A stretch of 63,390 nt of DNA, filler included, from Octopus bimaculoides (lineage: Eukaryota), in assembly GCF_001194135.2 (NCBI RefSeq). It is 4 parts of 4 records of this genome, joined end to end, with 100 filler letters (N's around TTAATTAATTAA, not from the genome) between each part and the next. Parts side by side here need not be neighbours in the genome. Positions count along the whole stretch, not along the records: positions 1 to 18,782 come from NC_068999.1; positions 18,883 to 38,163 come from NC_068996.1; 2 more parts are not named here. One strand, 5' to 3'. The notes under the pieces are model-generated. The model made no database searches, was not told where the DNA came from, and was given only the letters and a program-made list of their open reading frames with translations. This document shows positions 12,411 to 25,664 of the stretch, one piece after another. How positions within the stretch are numbered: position 1 is the stretch's first letter; every line of letters begins with the position of its first letter. A program made the translations under genes and the position numbers.

Positions 12411-13989
12411 ATGATGTTTCGCCATCAGGACGGCATTAACAATTGATAGTATATCCATGTCTTCAAAAGCACCAGTATGCGTTTCAACGTTGAAAACACA
12501 ATGCTCGACCACGTTCAAAAAGATGGTCGTTTCCAAATAATATTTTGCTAGCTAGAACAAATAACGCTACAATTTCTTGTTTTTATTTCCTTTGTTCATT
12601 TGCAATCTGCCCTGCTGATATTGTTTATACGTTTAGACAGAAAAAAACGAGGAGCTTTAAGTAAAATGACTCATTTCAACTGTTATGATATCTGGTCACC
12701 TTCCGTTTGTGCTGAGATAAATCCAAGTGCTCTGTGTAACTTATATATCTTGAATAGGCGCCAGATATGTTTGTTTAGTTATGTTAAGTCACACAGTGTT
12801 GGAGCTGTTTGAGACCCAGATTTACAATTATTACACGCACAAAAACAAACACAAAGACACGCACACCGACACTCACACACTCATACACACATTGTCACAC
12901 ACACAAACAGACACGTACACACACAGGTATACAAACAGGAGTTCGAATGAGCAATCTGCAATCTAGTCATTAATATGTGTACATAATATATTTTTATTGT
13001 TTCCCGCTAGCTTATGATTGCGGGTGTATAACGAAAGTCATGAGAGGCAAAACGTATGCATACAAACGTAACAGAATACTTATATATCTAAATTGTTCTT
13101 TAACATAGGTAAACTCTTTCGCAGTGGGCCTATTATTCGAAGTGTTCGGGCACTAAACATCCTATGTAATCAAATGAATTTTGACATTATGTAAATAATA
13201 TATTCATTATTTAAGTTGGTATATATATTTATGCAGATACACATACAGAGATCTACATGCATATATACTCAAACACACAACCACTCATAAAAGCACACAG
13301 ATGTATGCACGAGTAAATTATATATATATGTGTATGTGTGTGTGTGTGAACACACATAGACACGTATATATACATATATCTATATGTATGTATCTATTCG
13401 CAGATATATATATATATATATAGATGCGAATAGATACAAACATATCCAGATATGTATATATACGTGTCTATGTGCACATATATATATATACATACACACA
13501 CATATTTACATATGATAAATAGAGAACTAGATAGACAGATGGATAGACAGAGAGACACAGGGGGGTTATCGTTAGAAAGCATACAGTTGTTTGTGTATGA
13601 ATTGCTGTGGAAAATGTGTATGTATAAATTTACATATCTTCAATATCCCCTCACACACACGTACACGTGCACACAAACGTAACGATATATCCATATATAC
13701 ATACTTAATATAGATTTATAATTTCATTCAAGTATATCTTTTCAACAATCTCTCTTTTGTATATATTTTTATTAAATACTCGGTATATATATTCCGGTTT
13801 ACATCATGTACTGCCTAAGGATCTAACAGTTTTCTGAAATAGAATAAGTATAATATATATATATCAATGTATTTATTCTTTTGTAATATACAATTTTATA
13901 GAAACATATTGTAAAATCTGATGGTTCTATACAAAAGACTTCCCGATAATTTTTCCGTTTAACGTACCTGGTATGCACGAGCAATTCCT

Positions 13990-14330
13990 TGACCCCTATT
14001 TCGATTTAATGTGGGTCTATAAAGAGAAGGTCCTTAAAACGTTATTGCTGCTAGCAGTCAATGCATTCATGCACATTGCTGCTAATGTGTGGCATACATC
14101 TGCAAAATACTTATTGCATTCTCAGTATTGTTTTAATATTTCCAGATAAACAAATAATAGTACAACATTCTATTAAACAAATGTATTTATATGTTGTTTC
14201 AATTACTTTACTAAGTTGTCTTAACTGTGCCCCTGTTATTATAACTTCTTGCACTGCTTTACCTTGCTGCTCTCAATGTTCCTTGTTAAATTATCTTCCT
14301 ACATTTCCGGAGTCAAGTGATAAACAGTTC
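13990..14330 (-). pseudogene. Possible highly decayed R4/Dong RT remnant (domains 6-7)
   Basis: Minus strand KCRKII*QG...GKAVQEVII...ETTYKYICLIE loosely resembles KC.K....GK......ETYKYLGI. Weak. Confidence 0.3.
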
Positions 14331-14592
14331 GATTGATATTACAAAATTTCTTCTCGTCATATTTTCCAAACTTTTTCTGTGGCTAACTGATGATTAAATA
14401 CGTGTATTTTGTTTTGGATTTTAAGATATTTATTTTTGTTTTCGCAACCTTCTCCCGCTGATTTTCATCAAATTGAAATAGCATTTTTTGTATGGAAGTT
14501 TCTTTTTTTTACTCTCTAATTTTCACGAGATCAATGTTAAACAAACATTACGTCATTTAAAGCAATGAATTATTTTTCTATGATGAGTTGAA

Positions 14593-14724
14593 GTGTTGTC
14601 ATGAATGCCAGGGGAGGGTCCGCCTTTTACCCGTCAGTGTCATGCTCGCCAAAGGAGGACCCCGCCCATTCCGTAGAGAGTGTCATGATCACAACGGGCC
14701 AAGCGTGATGAGACAACTATGACA
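14593..14724. repeat. Degenerate ~42-bp GC-rich tandem repeat
   Basis: TGTCATG at 14597, 14638 and 14681, inverted TATGACA at 14718. Units 1-2 also share gcca..ggagg..ccgcc..tt.ccgt. Confidence 0.55.
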
Positions 14725-17214
14725 TCCTCTCCTCCTTGTACTGACCCCAGGCGTCTCTGCACATACGTTAATTTAGCATATGCGGGACACTGTTGTATAT
14801 GATCTGATTGATGAAAAACACGAAGCGGGTTTTTACATTATTTCTTTTTTTATCTTCAATTAACTTATCGTAAAACTTCATGATGAAGTGTAAGATGGAA
14901 AAATAAATAAATTAAAATCATTAAATAGAACACAAAAACAAGCTAATTGGTAGGCGATAATTTTGAAAATATTTTGACAGCGTGAATGACAAACGCTTCA
15001 TCATAGTAAACACGTATCAATCTAAACAATTTAGCTTTTCAGCGTGGGCCCCATATCAATGATATACTATTTGGAAAAATAAACGATTAAATGATATAAT
15101 ATTCATGAAATTTCTCTCAGTTATTTATTATGTTAAACACCAAAGATCATGTAAAATATGATATATTTGTATAGCGGACCTAAAATATACGACAGTACTT
15201 ATACCAAACGGGTTTCACGAGTAGGGTTAAAAACTCTGTGGTTCAAATACATACAATAATTCCTGAATTTTGTATTTGAAAATGATGAATATCAAATTGC
15301 CACATATTCCCTATATTACTATGAAAGAATTTTTACTAAAAATAATACTATTTTCCTTTTTACTTATAAAATCCCATACTAATTACCAGCAGGAAAAGCA
15401 CATCACAGAATTGAGATTACGTAATCGTATTTCAAAGCACGTTTTTTTTTTCACTGAATTATCATAATTTCTCACTGTGAATTAGAATCATAAAACAGAG
15501 TTAGAACATATTTAAACCAGTTATCAACAATATAATTTTATAAGTAGTAAACCGACTATTATTGTGACTTAACGGTAAAGATGGGAAACACCAGTTGATG
15601 TCCCTTATTGTGCATCAAAATACACGCTGCTCTCCAGTTGATATATTGCTTTATAAACAGAATGGCGTTTTATGTCACATATCAGGTAGAGTCTCTTGCT
15701 TCCTTTCATATAATACTTAAGTTTATTTATGTACATCACTCCTACTATATGCTATGATAGTAGACTATATATGAACCCCCAAATTATAGAGATTACATAT
15801 GTCATATATATGTCCATCTATAATAAGCAAGACTTATAACGCAATATGCAATAACAAATCTCAATGTGCTGCACGATTGGCAACATATATACTTATATCA
15901 TAATATATATATAATACAAAAGATGTTCTGCTTTCATATGTCTATATTTATAAACAACATGTCTAGGTATGTAATTGCTTAAATATTCTGGGGAAAGAAT
16001 GTGTCCTTTGCCATATATAGTCTATATGCAATGATAACTGCCACCGTTATAACTCGATTGCATTTTAAGTTTTTCTATGCATCACAAAACAGATTTATAT
16101 ATTCCTTCAACTGTGACCTAATACTTCTGCTCAGTCTATTCTGTCATTGTACATATCTTAACTATGTGAATAGCAGGGTAAGGTGCACATATTTTCAGAA
16201 ATGAGGATGTTATATTATATGACAGGTCTTATGTAAGAATCATAATGAGGTGCAAAACTGCAATTGATTAGCCATTGAAATTAGACAACACAGCTAGTTC
16301 TGCCAGTGATTAAATTCTACAAACAATATACAAGGGAAATAACTCGAATGAGACCAATCAAGTGATATATTTGATAAATCAGCGGAAACGATGGATAGAC
16401 CATTTTCTGTACTCAGTAGACAAGACTAAGACTAGTTGTTACACATATCTGTTATAATAGTAAGAATAACATGCGACAGAGTGTAAATTTCGAAAACATT
16501 TGTAAAATTTCTCGAAACTATGATGATATTGTACTACTGACAAAAGGAAGCCAGCTGGTACAGTCGTTTCAGCGACCTAATTAATGCATAGCAATATATA
16601 TATTCCGCCTCATGACATATTACAGATTAAATCCCACCGAAGTCATCTCTGCCTTTCATCATTTCATGTTCGATAAAATAAACTACCAGCGACGTACTGA
16701 AATGGTGTGTGTTGATTAAACACAACCTCATAATTGTCGCTTGTATGTCTAAATCAGAATCAATTAAACTCCAAGCATAAGACAGCAACCTAAGAGAATT
16801 GTGATAGCATCGGAACATTTTATTAGGGGTGTTTTTTTTCTGCTGTCTTGTTTGTAATTTCAAATTCCGCTGCCTTCATCTTTGCGTTTCACCATTTAGA
16901 GTAGATAATATAAGGAACTAGAAAAGCTCTAAAGTGAATGGTATCGAAGATCTCAGTTTTATGTCTATATTAGAGAGCACTATACATAGGGATTGCTGCG
17001 TGAGGTAGAGGTTTACATTGCGACTATATTGTTCGGGTTCGATTCGACAGACTTGCACATACCCTGATTCTTGATTACTGTCTTGTTCTCACCGTCCTGT
17101 TCTTGTTAACACTTTCACCTTCTGCAAAAAATCACAAATTTTATTTAATTTGCTTTGTGGGAAGGACTGTTTCAACGAAGTCGCATATTGTCATTGCCTT
17201 CGAAAGGCGGAGTA

Positions 17215-17460
17215 GATGAAACAGGTACAATTGACGAAGGGATATACTCTTTATATCGCATGTCTCGTTTCTCTGTTTGTTTTTTTCGTTGTTCAAAAAA
17301 TGTTCGTTTTGTATGTTTTTGTTGTTTTCGTTTCTCATTGAGTTTAATATTTTTTTGATGTAATGTACCCATATATGCATGTATATATACATATAGATGT
17401 AGGTATGTACATATATGTATGGACATATGCATATATTTATATATCATTTATATTATATTA
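17215..17460 (+). repeat. Unclassified interspersed repeat (family G), second copy at 21747-21935
   Basis: Shared gaagg(g/a)a(t/a)at...tttc...gtaccca(t/g)atatgcat(g/c)tatatatacat(a/g)tagatgtaggtatgtacata...atgcatat. Confidence 0.75.
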
Positions 17461-17489
17461 TATTATATATATATATATATATATAAACA

Positions 17490-17652
17490 CGAAGGGCTTC
17501 TTTCAATTTCCGTCTACCAAATCCACTTTACAAGGCTTTGATTGACCTGAAGCTATAGAAGAAGACACTTGCCCAAGGTGCCACGCAGTAGAACTGAACC
17601 CGGAACCATGTGGTTGGTAAGCAAGCTACTTACCACACAGCCACTCTTGCGA
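17490..17652 (-). mobile_element. SINE family A, 5' half
   Basis: Reverse complement of the head at 38301-38475. Confidence 0.85.
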
Positions 17653-18826
17653 ATATCCAACGATCAAGGTGTAGGAAGATAGTAAAATGCGAACAGTCCG
17701 TAGAATGTATAGAAAACATTTTCCAGGAACAATAATGGTTTATTCACGTAGAAGGTTGTACATTTTTTCCGTATCAAAGTTGGATGAGCTCGAGAAGTTG
17801 TTTTATAGCTTATGATTATTAGCAGGGATTGCTTTAGATGCGAATACAAATTCAAAATTGAGGAATGAAGTAGATTAAACCCAGGTGATATAAGTATCAT
17901 AGCTAGCAGAAACTCGTAAGCAGTAATTATCCAAACGTGGAACAATCCACTGGCTAATGATCACACAAAAGTTTCCTTCATTAAATAAAGGTAACATTGT
18001 GGTGAAAGGATCTCACGTTGAATCGCAGGAGACTGGATTAATAATGCGTGGAAGACATAGAACATGTATATCAGAAACACAGCCACAAACACATGTTTAT
18101 ACACACACAAACACACACAGAGACAGACACACACACACACACACACACGCAATGTTTCTCTGTGAGCGTACAAACAGATGTATACTAGTGTATATACACA
18201 TATATATGTGAGTGTGTGCGCATGTCTGTGTGTGTATGTGTGGGTATATATATGCGTGTGTGCGTGTGTGTGTACGTATGCGTGTGTTTGTACGTGTTTG
18301 TGTGTTTCTTGATGTACAACAGAATGACATCCAAGAAAAGTTTTCAGCCAATTGAAATTTGTTTTTTATATGTTTGTACTGCGAAAGCAAGTGTCATTGG
18401 GGTTGGCTANNNNNNNNNNGTATGTATGTATGTATGTATGTATATGCACACACACACACATATATGTTTGCAGGAGTGTATGTGTGTATTTATGTATGTA
18501 TGAATATTTGTATCTGTATGTATGTATGTACTAGTGTGCAAATGTATATATGGTGGTACGTATCAAGTTATTGTCGTAGCTCCTTATTTTATTCTGGCGG
18601 AACGTTATAAAATTGCATTTCCATTAAGTAATTACTTTTAAGTATGAATTTTATTATAATATCTACATTAATACGTATACGCAAAAACACAACCTCTCCA
18701 ACACAGACACACAGACACACAAACACGCACTCACACACACTCATGAAATATGCATACATATATATATATATATATATATATANNNNNNNNNNNNNNNNNN
18801 NNNNNNNNNNNNNNNNNNNNNNNNNN

Positions 18827-18838
18827 TTAATTAATTAA
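18827..18838. other. Assembly gap spacer TTAATTAATTAA (artefact); also 38208-38219 and 50766-50777
   Basis: Identical 12-mer centred between two 44-N runs (100 bp total) in all three places. Confidence 0.95.
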
Positions 18839-18904
18839 NNNNNNNNNNNNNNNNNNNNNNNNNNNNNNNNNNNNNNNNNNNNATATATATATATATATAT
18901 ATAG

Positions 18905-19114
18905 CCTGCATTTGTTTCAGTCATATGACTGCAGCCATGCTGGGGCACTGCCTTGGAGAATTTTAAGTCGAATGAATCGACCCCAGTACTTATATTTTTA
19001 TCTAAACCTCGTACTTATTTTATCGGTATCTATTGCCGAACTGCTAAGTTATGGGGACGTAAACAGACTAACACCGGTTGTCAAGTAGTGATAGGGAACA
19101 AACATTAACACAAA

Positions 19115-19161
<47 letters not shown>

Positions 19162-19333
19162 GTGTGTGTACGACGGGCTTATTCCTGTTTCCGACAACCG
19201 AATAAACTCACAAGGCTTTGGTTGGCCCGAGGTTGTAGTAGAAGTTACTTGCTCAAGGTGCTATGCTGTGGGACTGAAGCTAAAACCACGTTGTTAGAAA
19301 GCAAGCTTCTTACCACACAGCAATGCCTGCACC
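18905..19333 (-). mobile_element. SINE family A, full length
   Basis: Reverse complement aligns by eye to 25062-25430 including the internal (CA)n and 3' part. Confidence 0.85.
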
Positions 19334-20023
19334 TATACGTGTGTGTGTGTCTGTGTGTGTGTTAACCTTTGTGGTATAAATTCATAAAATCCTGATAAGA
19401 TTCTGTCTCATATAGTTGAAAATGATGACTAATTCTTAGCATATGAGCCTACCCAAACGCTTAGAATTACTAATCACCAAGGGGCATGAACCAAAACATA
19501 TATGTAGGTATTTGGCATCTGCCATTTCTTTTAGAGCTTTATAATTTATAATTTATTTGTATTGTTTTTATATAAAAAAATTTTCAACCTTATTATATTA
19601 TAAAAATAAATTATACATACATCCATAATTCTCCACTTTCTTTTTTCATCATTATGAACAATATGTATTACTATAATAATTACTATAATAATTACGATAA
19701 TCGTTGACTCTCTGTTATCGGAGCAGCATTCTTTTTGTTTGTTTCCTTGTGCGCATGTGTGTCAGTATGCCTGTGTATACACATATGCATGTATGTATGT
19801 ATGTATGTATGTATGAGTGTATGTGTGCATGTATATATATATATANNNNNNNNNNNNNNNNNNNNNNNNNNNNNNNNNNNNNNNNNNNNNNNNNNNNNNN
19901 NNNNNNNNNNNNNNNNNNNNNNNNNNNNNNNNNNNNNNNNNNNNNNNNNNNNNNNNNNNNNNNNNNNNNNNNNNNNNNNNNNNNNNNNNNNNNNNNNNNN
20001 NNNNNNNNNNNNNNNNNNNNNNN

Positions 20024-20062
<39 letters not shown>

Positions 20063-20430
20063 TATGATGCGTATGTATACTTTTGTATGTATGTATTCTG
20101 TATATTCATGTGTTTGTGTGTTCATGTTTGTATGGTTGTGTGCGTGTGTGTATTTGTGCCTGTATCTCTTTGTCTGTGGATGTTTGAGTGTGTCTATGTG
20201 TATGGGTTTTTGTTACTATGTAAGTCTGTCTGTTATACATGTATGTGTGCTTGTCTGTCCGTATTACCTATGTACCTATCTATCTACTATGTACCTATCT
20301 ATCTACTTATCTTTCAGTTTGCTTACACATTCATTTACGTGTTTATATATATATATACGTCTACATAATAGCTTACTAACAAATCTACCTGTGTGTGTAT
20401 AAATTGTGGTATCACTGCCTTGTACGCATA

Positions 20431-20835
20431 TCTCCTATGTAGTATTTGGGATGTTCCATTTATGAGGCCGTACTCCTGTATTTTTCTGAGTGTTGGGTCC
20501 TCCGGGTGCTTGGATAAAATACGGATGTCAAGTCGACTCAGTGTGTCCCCATATTGGTCTATTGCATGTTTGTAGATTATGGACTGTTTTTTGTCGTCAT
20601 ATTGTCTCAAATGTTTATTTAATCTCTCCGCAATATTTCTACATGTCTCACCATTGTATGTCATTTTCTTGTCATTACAAGCACCCTCTAGGCACCTTAT
20701 GCTGTAGACTACATTTCTAGTTCTACAGTTAATACCAGGTTTAATATTACATACTATGCAGTTCTCATTGATGCATGTGATATTCTCAAATGGGTACCTC
20801 TTACATAATTGTAACCTGATGGAGCTCCCTGGCTC
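20431..20835 (-). mobile_element. Penelope-like element GIY-YIG endonuclease domain
   Basis: Within ORF 20335..20895: C..NC.VC....NCRTRNVVYSIRC...C....TYNGETCRNIAERLNKH...IYKH...IRIL...LRKIQEYGLI. This has the VVY/YNG motifs, R..EH and catalytic E pattern of PLE GIY-YIG, preceded by a Cys cluster. Confidence 0.8.
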
Positions 20836-20839
20836 CATC

Positions 20840-20876
<37 letters not shown>

Positions 20877-21120
20877 GAGAAGGAAAAGCATACACGGTAT
20901 ACTTTTAAAGTAGGAAAGTATACATAGTATACCACACTAAGAAAAAATAATAATAAATGTGTGTGTATATATGTGTATAAGTCTATGTGTACATACACAC
21001 ACTTATACATACCTACCTACATATTATATATATATTTCTGACGCGACTCTATCTATCTTTGTATCTTTCTCCCCCTCTCGTCTTCCTTCTGTTTTTCTTC
21101 GCCTCTCCTCTTTACTACTA

Positions 21121-21152
<32 letters not shown>

Positions 21153-21922
21153 NNNNNNNNNNNNNNNNNNNNNNNNNNNNNNNNNNNNNNNNNNNNNNNN
21201 NNNNNNNNNNNNNNNNNNNNNNNNNNNNNNNNNNNNNNNNNNNNNNNNNNNNNNNNNNNNNNNNNNNNNNNNNNNNNNNNNNNNNNNNNNNNNNNNNNNN
21301 NNNNNNNNNNNNNNNNNNNNNNNNNNNNNNNNNNNNNNNNNNNNNNNNNNNNNNNNNNNNNNNNNNNNNNNNNNNNNNNNNNNNNNNNNNNNNNNNNNNN
21401 NNNNNNNNNNNNNNNNNNNNNNNNNNNNNNNNNNNNNNNNNNNNNNNNNNNNNNNNNNNNNNNNNNNNNNNNNNNNNNNNNNNNNNNNNNNNNNNNNNNN
21501 NNNNNNNNNNNNNNNNNNNNNNNNNNNNNNNNNNNNNNNNNNNNNNNNNNNNNNNNNNNNNNNNNNNNNNNNNNNNNNNNNNNNNNNNNNNNNNNNNNNN
21601 NNNNNNNNNNNNNNNNNNNNNNNNNNNNNNNNNNNNNNNNNNNNNNNNNNNNNNNNNNNNNNNNNNNNNNNNNNNNNNNNNNNNNNNNNNNNNNNNNNNN
21701 NNNNNNNNNNNNNNNNNNNNNNNNNNNNNNNNNNNNNNNNNNNNNNTGAAGGAAATGTTCTCTATGTGGCCTGTGTGTTTTCTGTACTCTGTTTATGTTC
21801 CGTTTTTCATTTTGTCCACGTTTTTTGCGACGTCCTGTACCCAGATATGCATCTATATATACATGTAGATGTAGGTATGTACATACATGTACGTATATAT
21901 GCATATACTCACTTATTATTTG

Positions 21923-21964
<42 letters not shown>

Positions 21965-22409
21965 CCAGTTAGACGAAGATAGAGAGATCAAGATATGTAC
22001 GTACACTCATTCACATCTATAAGTTCTGTAATGCTTAACAACAAACGACACAGTTAAATAGGGAGAACTCAATACTTACAGAGTGAATATGTGTATTTAT
22101 ACAGTGCGTATAGTCATGTCTTTAGCGGACCTGTGTATTTGCGCGTACACACACGTGCACGTATTAAAGTGTAGTCGTATATAGTTGCTACACAGGCAAC
22201 ATGTAAACATGATAATACATTTAAAAATGGCATTCACTAGTTGTAAAATCAATACATGACTACTTCTGCTAAGTCTTACCATCGATTTACTCTTCCTCAT
22301 TAATTAGTTGTAAAGATAGCAATTATTATTGTTAATATTAATACTATTGTTTTAATAGTAATTATTTCTTTATTTGCTACCCGAAGAAGAGTATCCCGCG
22401 CGCGCGCAC

Positions 22410-22444
<35 letters not shown>

Positions 22445-22699
22445 CATGCAACACGCACATACGCACACAAATATTAACATTGTTCTAACTAAAATATTTG
22501 TACATTTTGTAATAAAGTTTCAAGAGAATAGCAACAATTAATAAAATATAAAAGATAAGCACACTGTACCCATGGCTAGGCGTTATTTCGCTTGTTTTCT
22601 TTTTCTTTTTCTTTCCCTTTTTGATAATTTTTTCATTGCCAGTGTCATTGTATATTTTTTAATTAGCTAAATAGGGAGTGCAGCCATGCGTAACCATGT

Positions 22700-23016
22700 G
22701 GTTGACTGGTTTTGTTGGTTGGCTTGGAGGGCGAGCTGGCTGCTGTCTGGCAGGATGGGTGGATGGATAAATGGATCAATGGATGTTAGAATGAAAAGGC
22801 AAATAGGAGTAAGGAGGGCTGATGTGATGTGGTCGGCTGTGGGTGGCTGATTGATGCAGTGATGTGCTTTACTGCTTTGCTAATCAGCAAGTAAATCTGT
22901 AATAAAATATTGCAGCGTTTTACGTGCTAGTGAGGGGGTGTAGGGATAGACTTTTGTTGTTGTCATTGTTAGTGTTGTTTGCAAGGATTGTGGTGGTGGT
23001 GGTGGTAGTGGTGTTG

Positions 23017-23048
<32 letters not shown>

Positions 23049-23622
23049 ATTCGTCGTCGTCGTTCTTGTGTGCGATGTAGAGGGATCGAAGGTCATTTTG
23101 TTGTTTTCGTTGTAATTGCTTATGGTGGTACTGAGAATAATGGTGATGCCGGTGGCTGTAGAAGTGGATATAGTAATGGTGCTAATGGCGGTAATGGTTA
23201 TGCTGGTGCTGATGGTTGTAGTATTGGTAATGGGTTTGGATTGTGTTTTGCTTGCTGGTATGCAAGTCGTGGTGGGGGATGTAGCGACAGAGTTAGGTAA
23301 AATTTGGAGTATTGGAAGGGATCGATTGGCGGGAGTTTTTGGAGGTTGGTGTTACTTAGCTATAAGTCAACTCTGATCAACATCGTTCCAGCAACGACCA
23401 CTTCTATTTCTTTTTTTCTTTTATGTCCGGATAAAAGTGTCCAATGTGTCCTCTTTCAAGACGAAGTGAAGAAGATAGGGTTGCTATTTCTAGCAGAGCT
23501 TGTGACCAGATAAGTTTCCTTCGTTGGAGTGTTTTGTTGTGAGCAGTTGTGGCAGTGACGTGGTTGATAGATATAACAGCGAATGATGATGAATCGAACA
23601 GAAGTATCGATGTGATTAATGG

Positions 23623-23690
<68 letters not shown>

Positions 23691-24060
23691 AGTGGTGGTC
23701 GGGGTACAAAAGTGGCTGTAAGTGTGGTGATCGGGTAATGATATTCTTGGTCCTGGCGAAGTGATGAGAATAGGGAAGGGGATTATCATAGTGGTGCTGA
23801 TGGAGACTGTGATGCTGGTGGTTGTGGTGATGGTAACGGTGGTTGGTGGAGACAATGATGGTGACTGGAGTGGAGATGGTGAAGATGAATGTGGTGGTGG
23901 TTATGATAGCGCTAGTGATGATGGTAGTGGTGAAAACATGCTGCTGGTAGGAATGATGATGGAAACGATCATCGGTGAAGGTGATGGTTATAGTGATGCT
24001 TGTGGCACAGATTGTCATTGTGGAGTACAGAGATGCTGATGTACAGTGCTTACGTGGCAG
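22700..24060. repeat. Long cryptic trinucleotide low-complexity region (GGT/TGT/GAT)
   Basis: Mixed GGT, GTT and GAT runs producing Val/Gly/Asn homopolymer ORFs on both strands. Confidence 0.8.
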
Positions 24061-24570
24061 TTGGTCTACTTAATTGCCGCTAAATGGCTATAAGTAGCCG
24101 ACGAAATGAACAGGAAGATTGAGTTATTGGTGTGACGTGGGTATGTTTTGTGAGTGGTGTAAAAGAGGAACAGCGACAGCAAAATGAATCAGCAACAACA
24201 ATACATGATAAAAAGATGTTTTTTTTAATTACGTCCAATAACCAAATAGAAATATGAGTAACGATGGGTAAATGATATATAGATGATGGTAAAATACTAG
24301 TTACATGATGGGGGTACGGGAAGCGTATAGATAATGGGTGGCAGCTGGGTTAGATTATAGTTAGATAATGTTGGGATGATGGGTTCAAGATACATCGGTA
24401 GATGATGGGTGTGTGATGATTAGGGACAGAATAGTTAGTGTAAACATTATGACATTTGAAACAGAACTGGCATGACTGGAAAGAGAAAAAAAAAGGAAAT
24501 CAATATGTGACTACGGCAAAGCAGGACCACGGAGACAAGGAGACATATAAGAATGATTAGAGAGAAGGAA

Positions 24571-24607
<37 letters not shown>

Positions 24608-24913
24608 GAGAGAGAGAGAGAAAGAGGATGAAGAAAACAATCCAAATATAAAGGGAAAAACTAGAAAAAGGGAGAGTGAATAATGCAAATATAGAATGCA
24701 ACGTAATTAACCAGATGTATGTTTGTACGTGTGCATGTATACATATATCTGTGTATATATATGTGTGTGTGAGTGTTGTATGTGTGTGTGCGTATGTGTG
24801 TGTGTATGTGTGTGGTTGTGTTTGTGTGTATGTGAATGTGTATATATATATATATACATGTATATACATGCATACCTTCCTCTCTCTCCCTCCCTGATTC
24901 CTGTCTACCTAAC

Positions 24914-24947
<34 letters not shown>

Positions 24948-25061
24948 CATACATACATACATACATAAATATAGTCAGGGAAGGTTCGACAGGTTCGGAC
25001 GAACCCCACCAGCAATTGTTGTGGGATCCACTCTACATAAATACTTTCTATATAAACACAC

Positions 25062-25430
25062 AAGCGTAGCTGTGTGGTAAGAAGCTTGCTTCCCAATCAA
25101 CATGACTCCGGGTTCAGTCCCACTGCGTAGCACCTGGGGTAGGTGTCTTCTACTATAACCTCGGGCCGACCAAAGCTTTGTGAGTGGATTTGGTAGACGG
25201 AAACTGAAAGAAGCCCGTCGTATATGTGTGTATGTGTGGGTACTTTCCCTCTCTACCGCTTGACAACCGGTGTTGATGTATTTCGTCCCCATAACTTAGC
25301 ATTTCGGCAAAAGAATCCAATAGAATAATTACCAGGATTTTAAAAAATAAGTCCTGAGATCGATTTGTTCGACTAAAACCCTTCAAAGCGGTGCTTCAGC
25401 ATGTCAAATGACTAAAACAAATAAAACAAA
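25062..25430 (+). mobile_element. tRNA-derived SINE family A, near full length
   Basis: A-box-like gctgtgtggt, B-box ggttcagtccc, central ccgaccaaagc...gacggaaactgaaagaagcccgtcg, internal (TG)n, 3' tail. Homologous copies occur elsewhere in the window. Resembles recalled Octopus SINEs. Confidence 0.9.
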
Positions 25431-25664
25431 TTTGAAAAATATTAAATTTTAAAAAATATTGTATTTATGGTCATAGATTTTGAAATAACATTCATAAATG
25501 TACGTGCATGTACATTATTTTTATTTTCAGCATCATCACGAAAAGCATCATTGCTGTTAATATATTTCGTCCTACTAATGATTATCATTATAGGTGAACT
25601 AACAGAATCGCTAATATGCCAAGCAAAATGCTCAGTGGCATTTCATCCGCCTTTACATTCTGAG

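Noticed and set aside
14593-14724. CRISPR-like periodicity of TGTCATG
   Set aside because: The repeat is only 7-9 bp, the spacers resemble each other, the context is eukaryotic and there are no cas genes.
18827-18838. Recurrent perfect TTAATTAATTAA palindrome (three sites)
   Set aside because: Always centred in a 100-bp N block with 44 N each side, with stops in all frames: an assembly spacer.
23070-23376. Gly/Asn-rich and Val-rich ORFs
   Set aside because: Cryptic trinucleotide low-complexity DNA.
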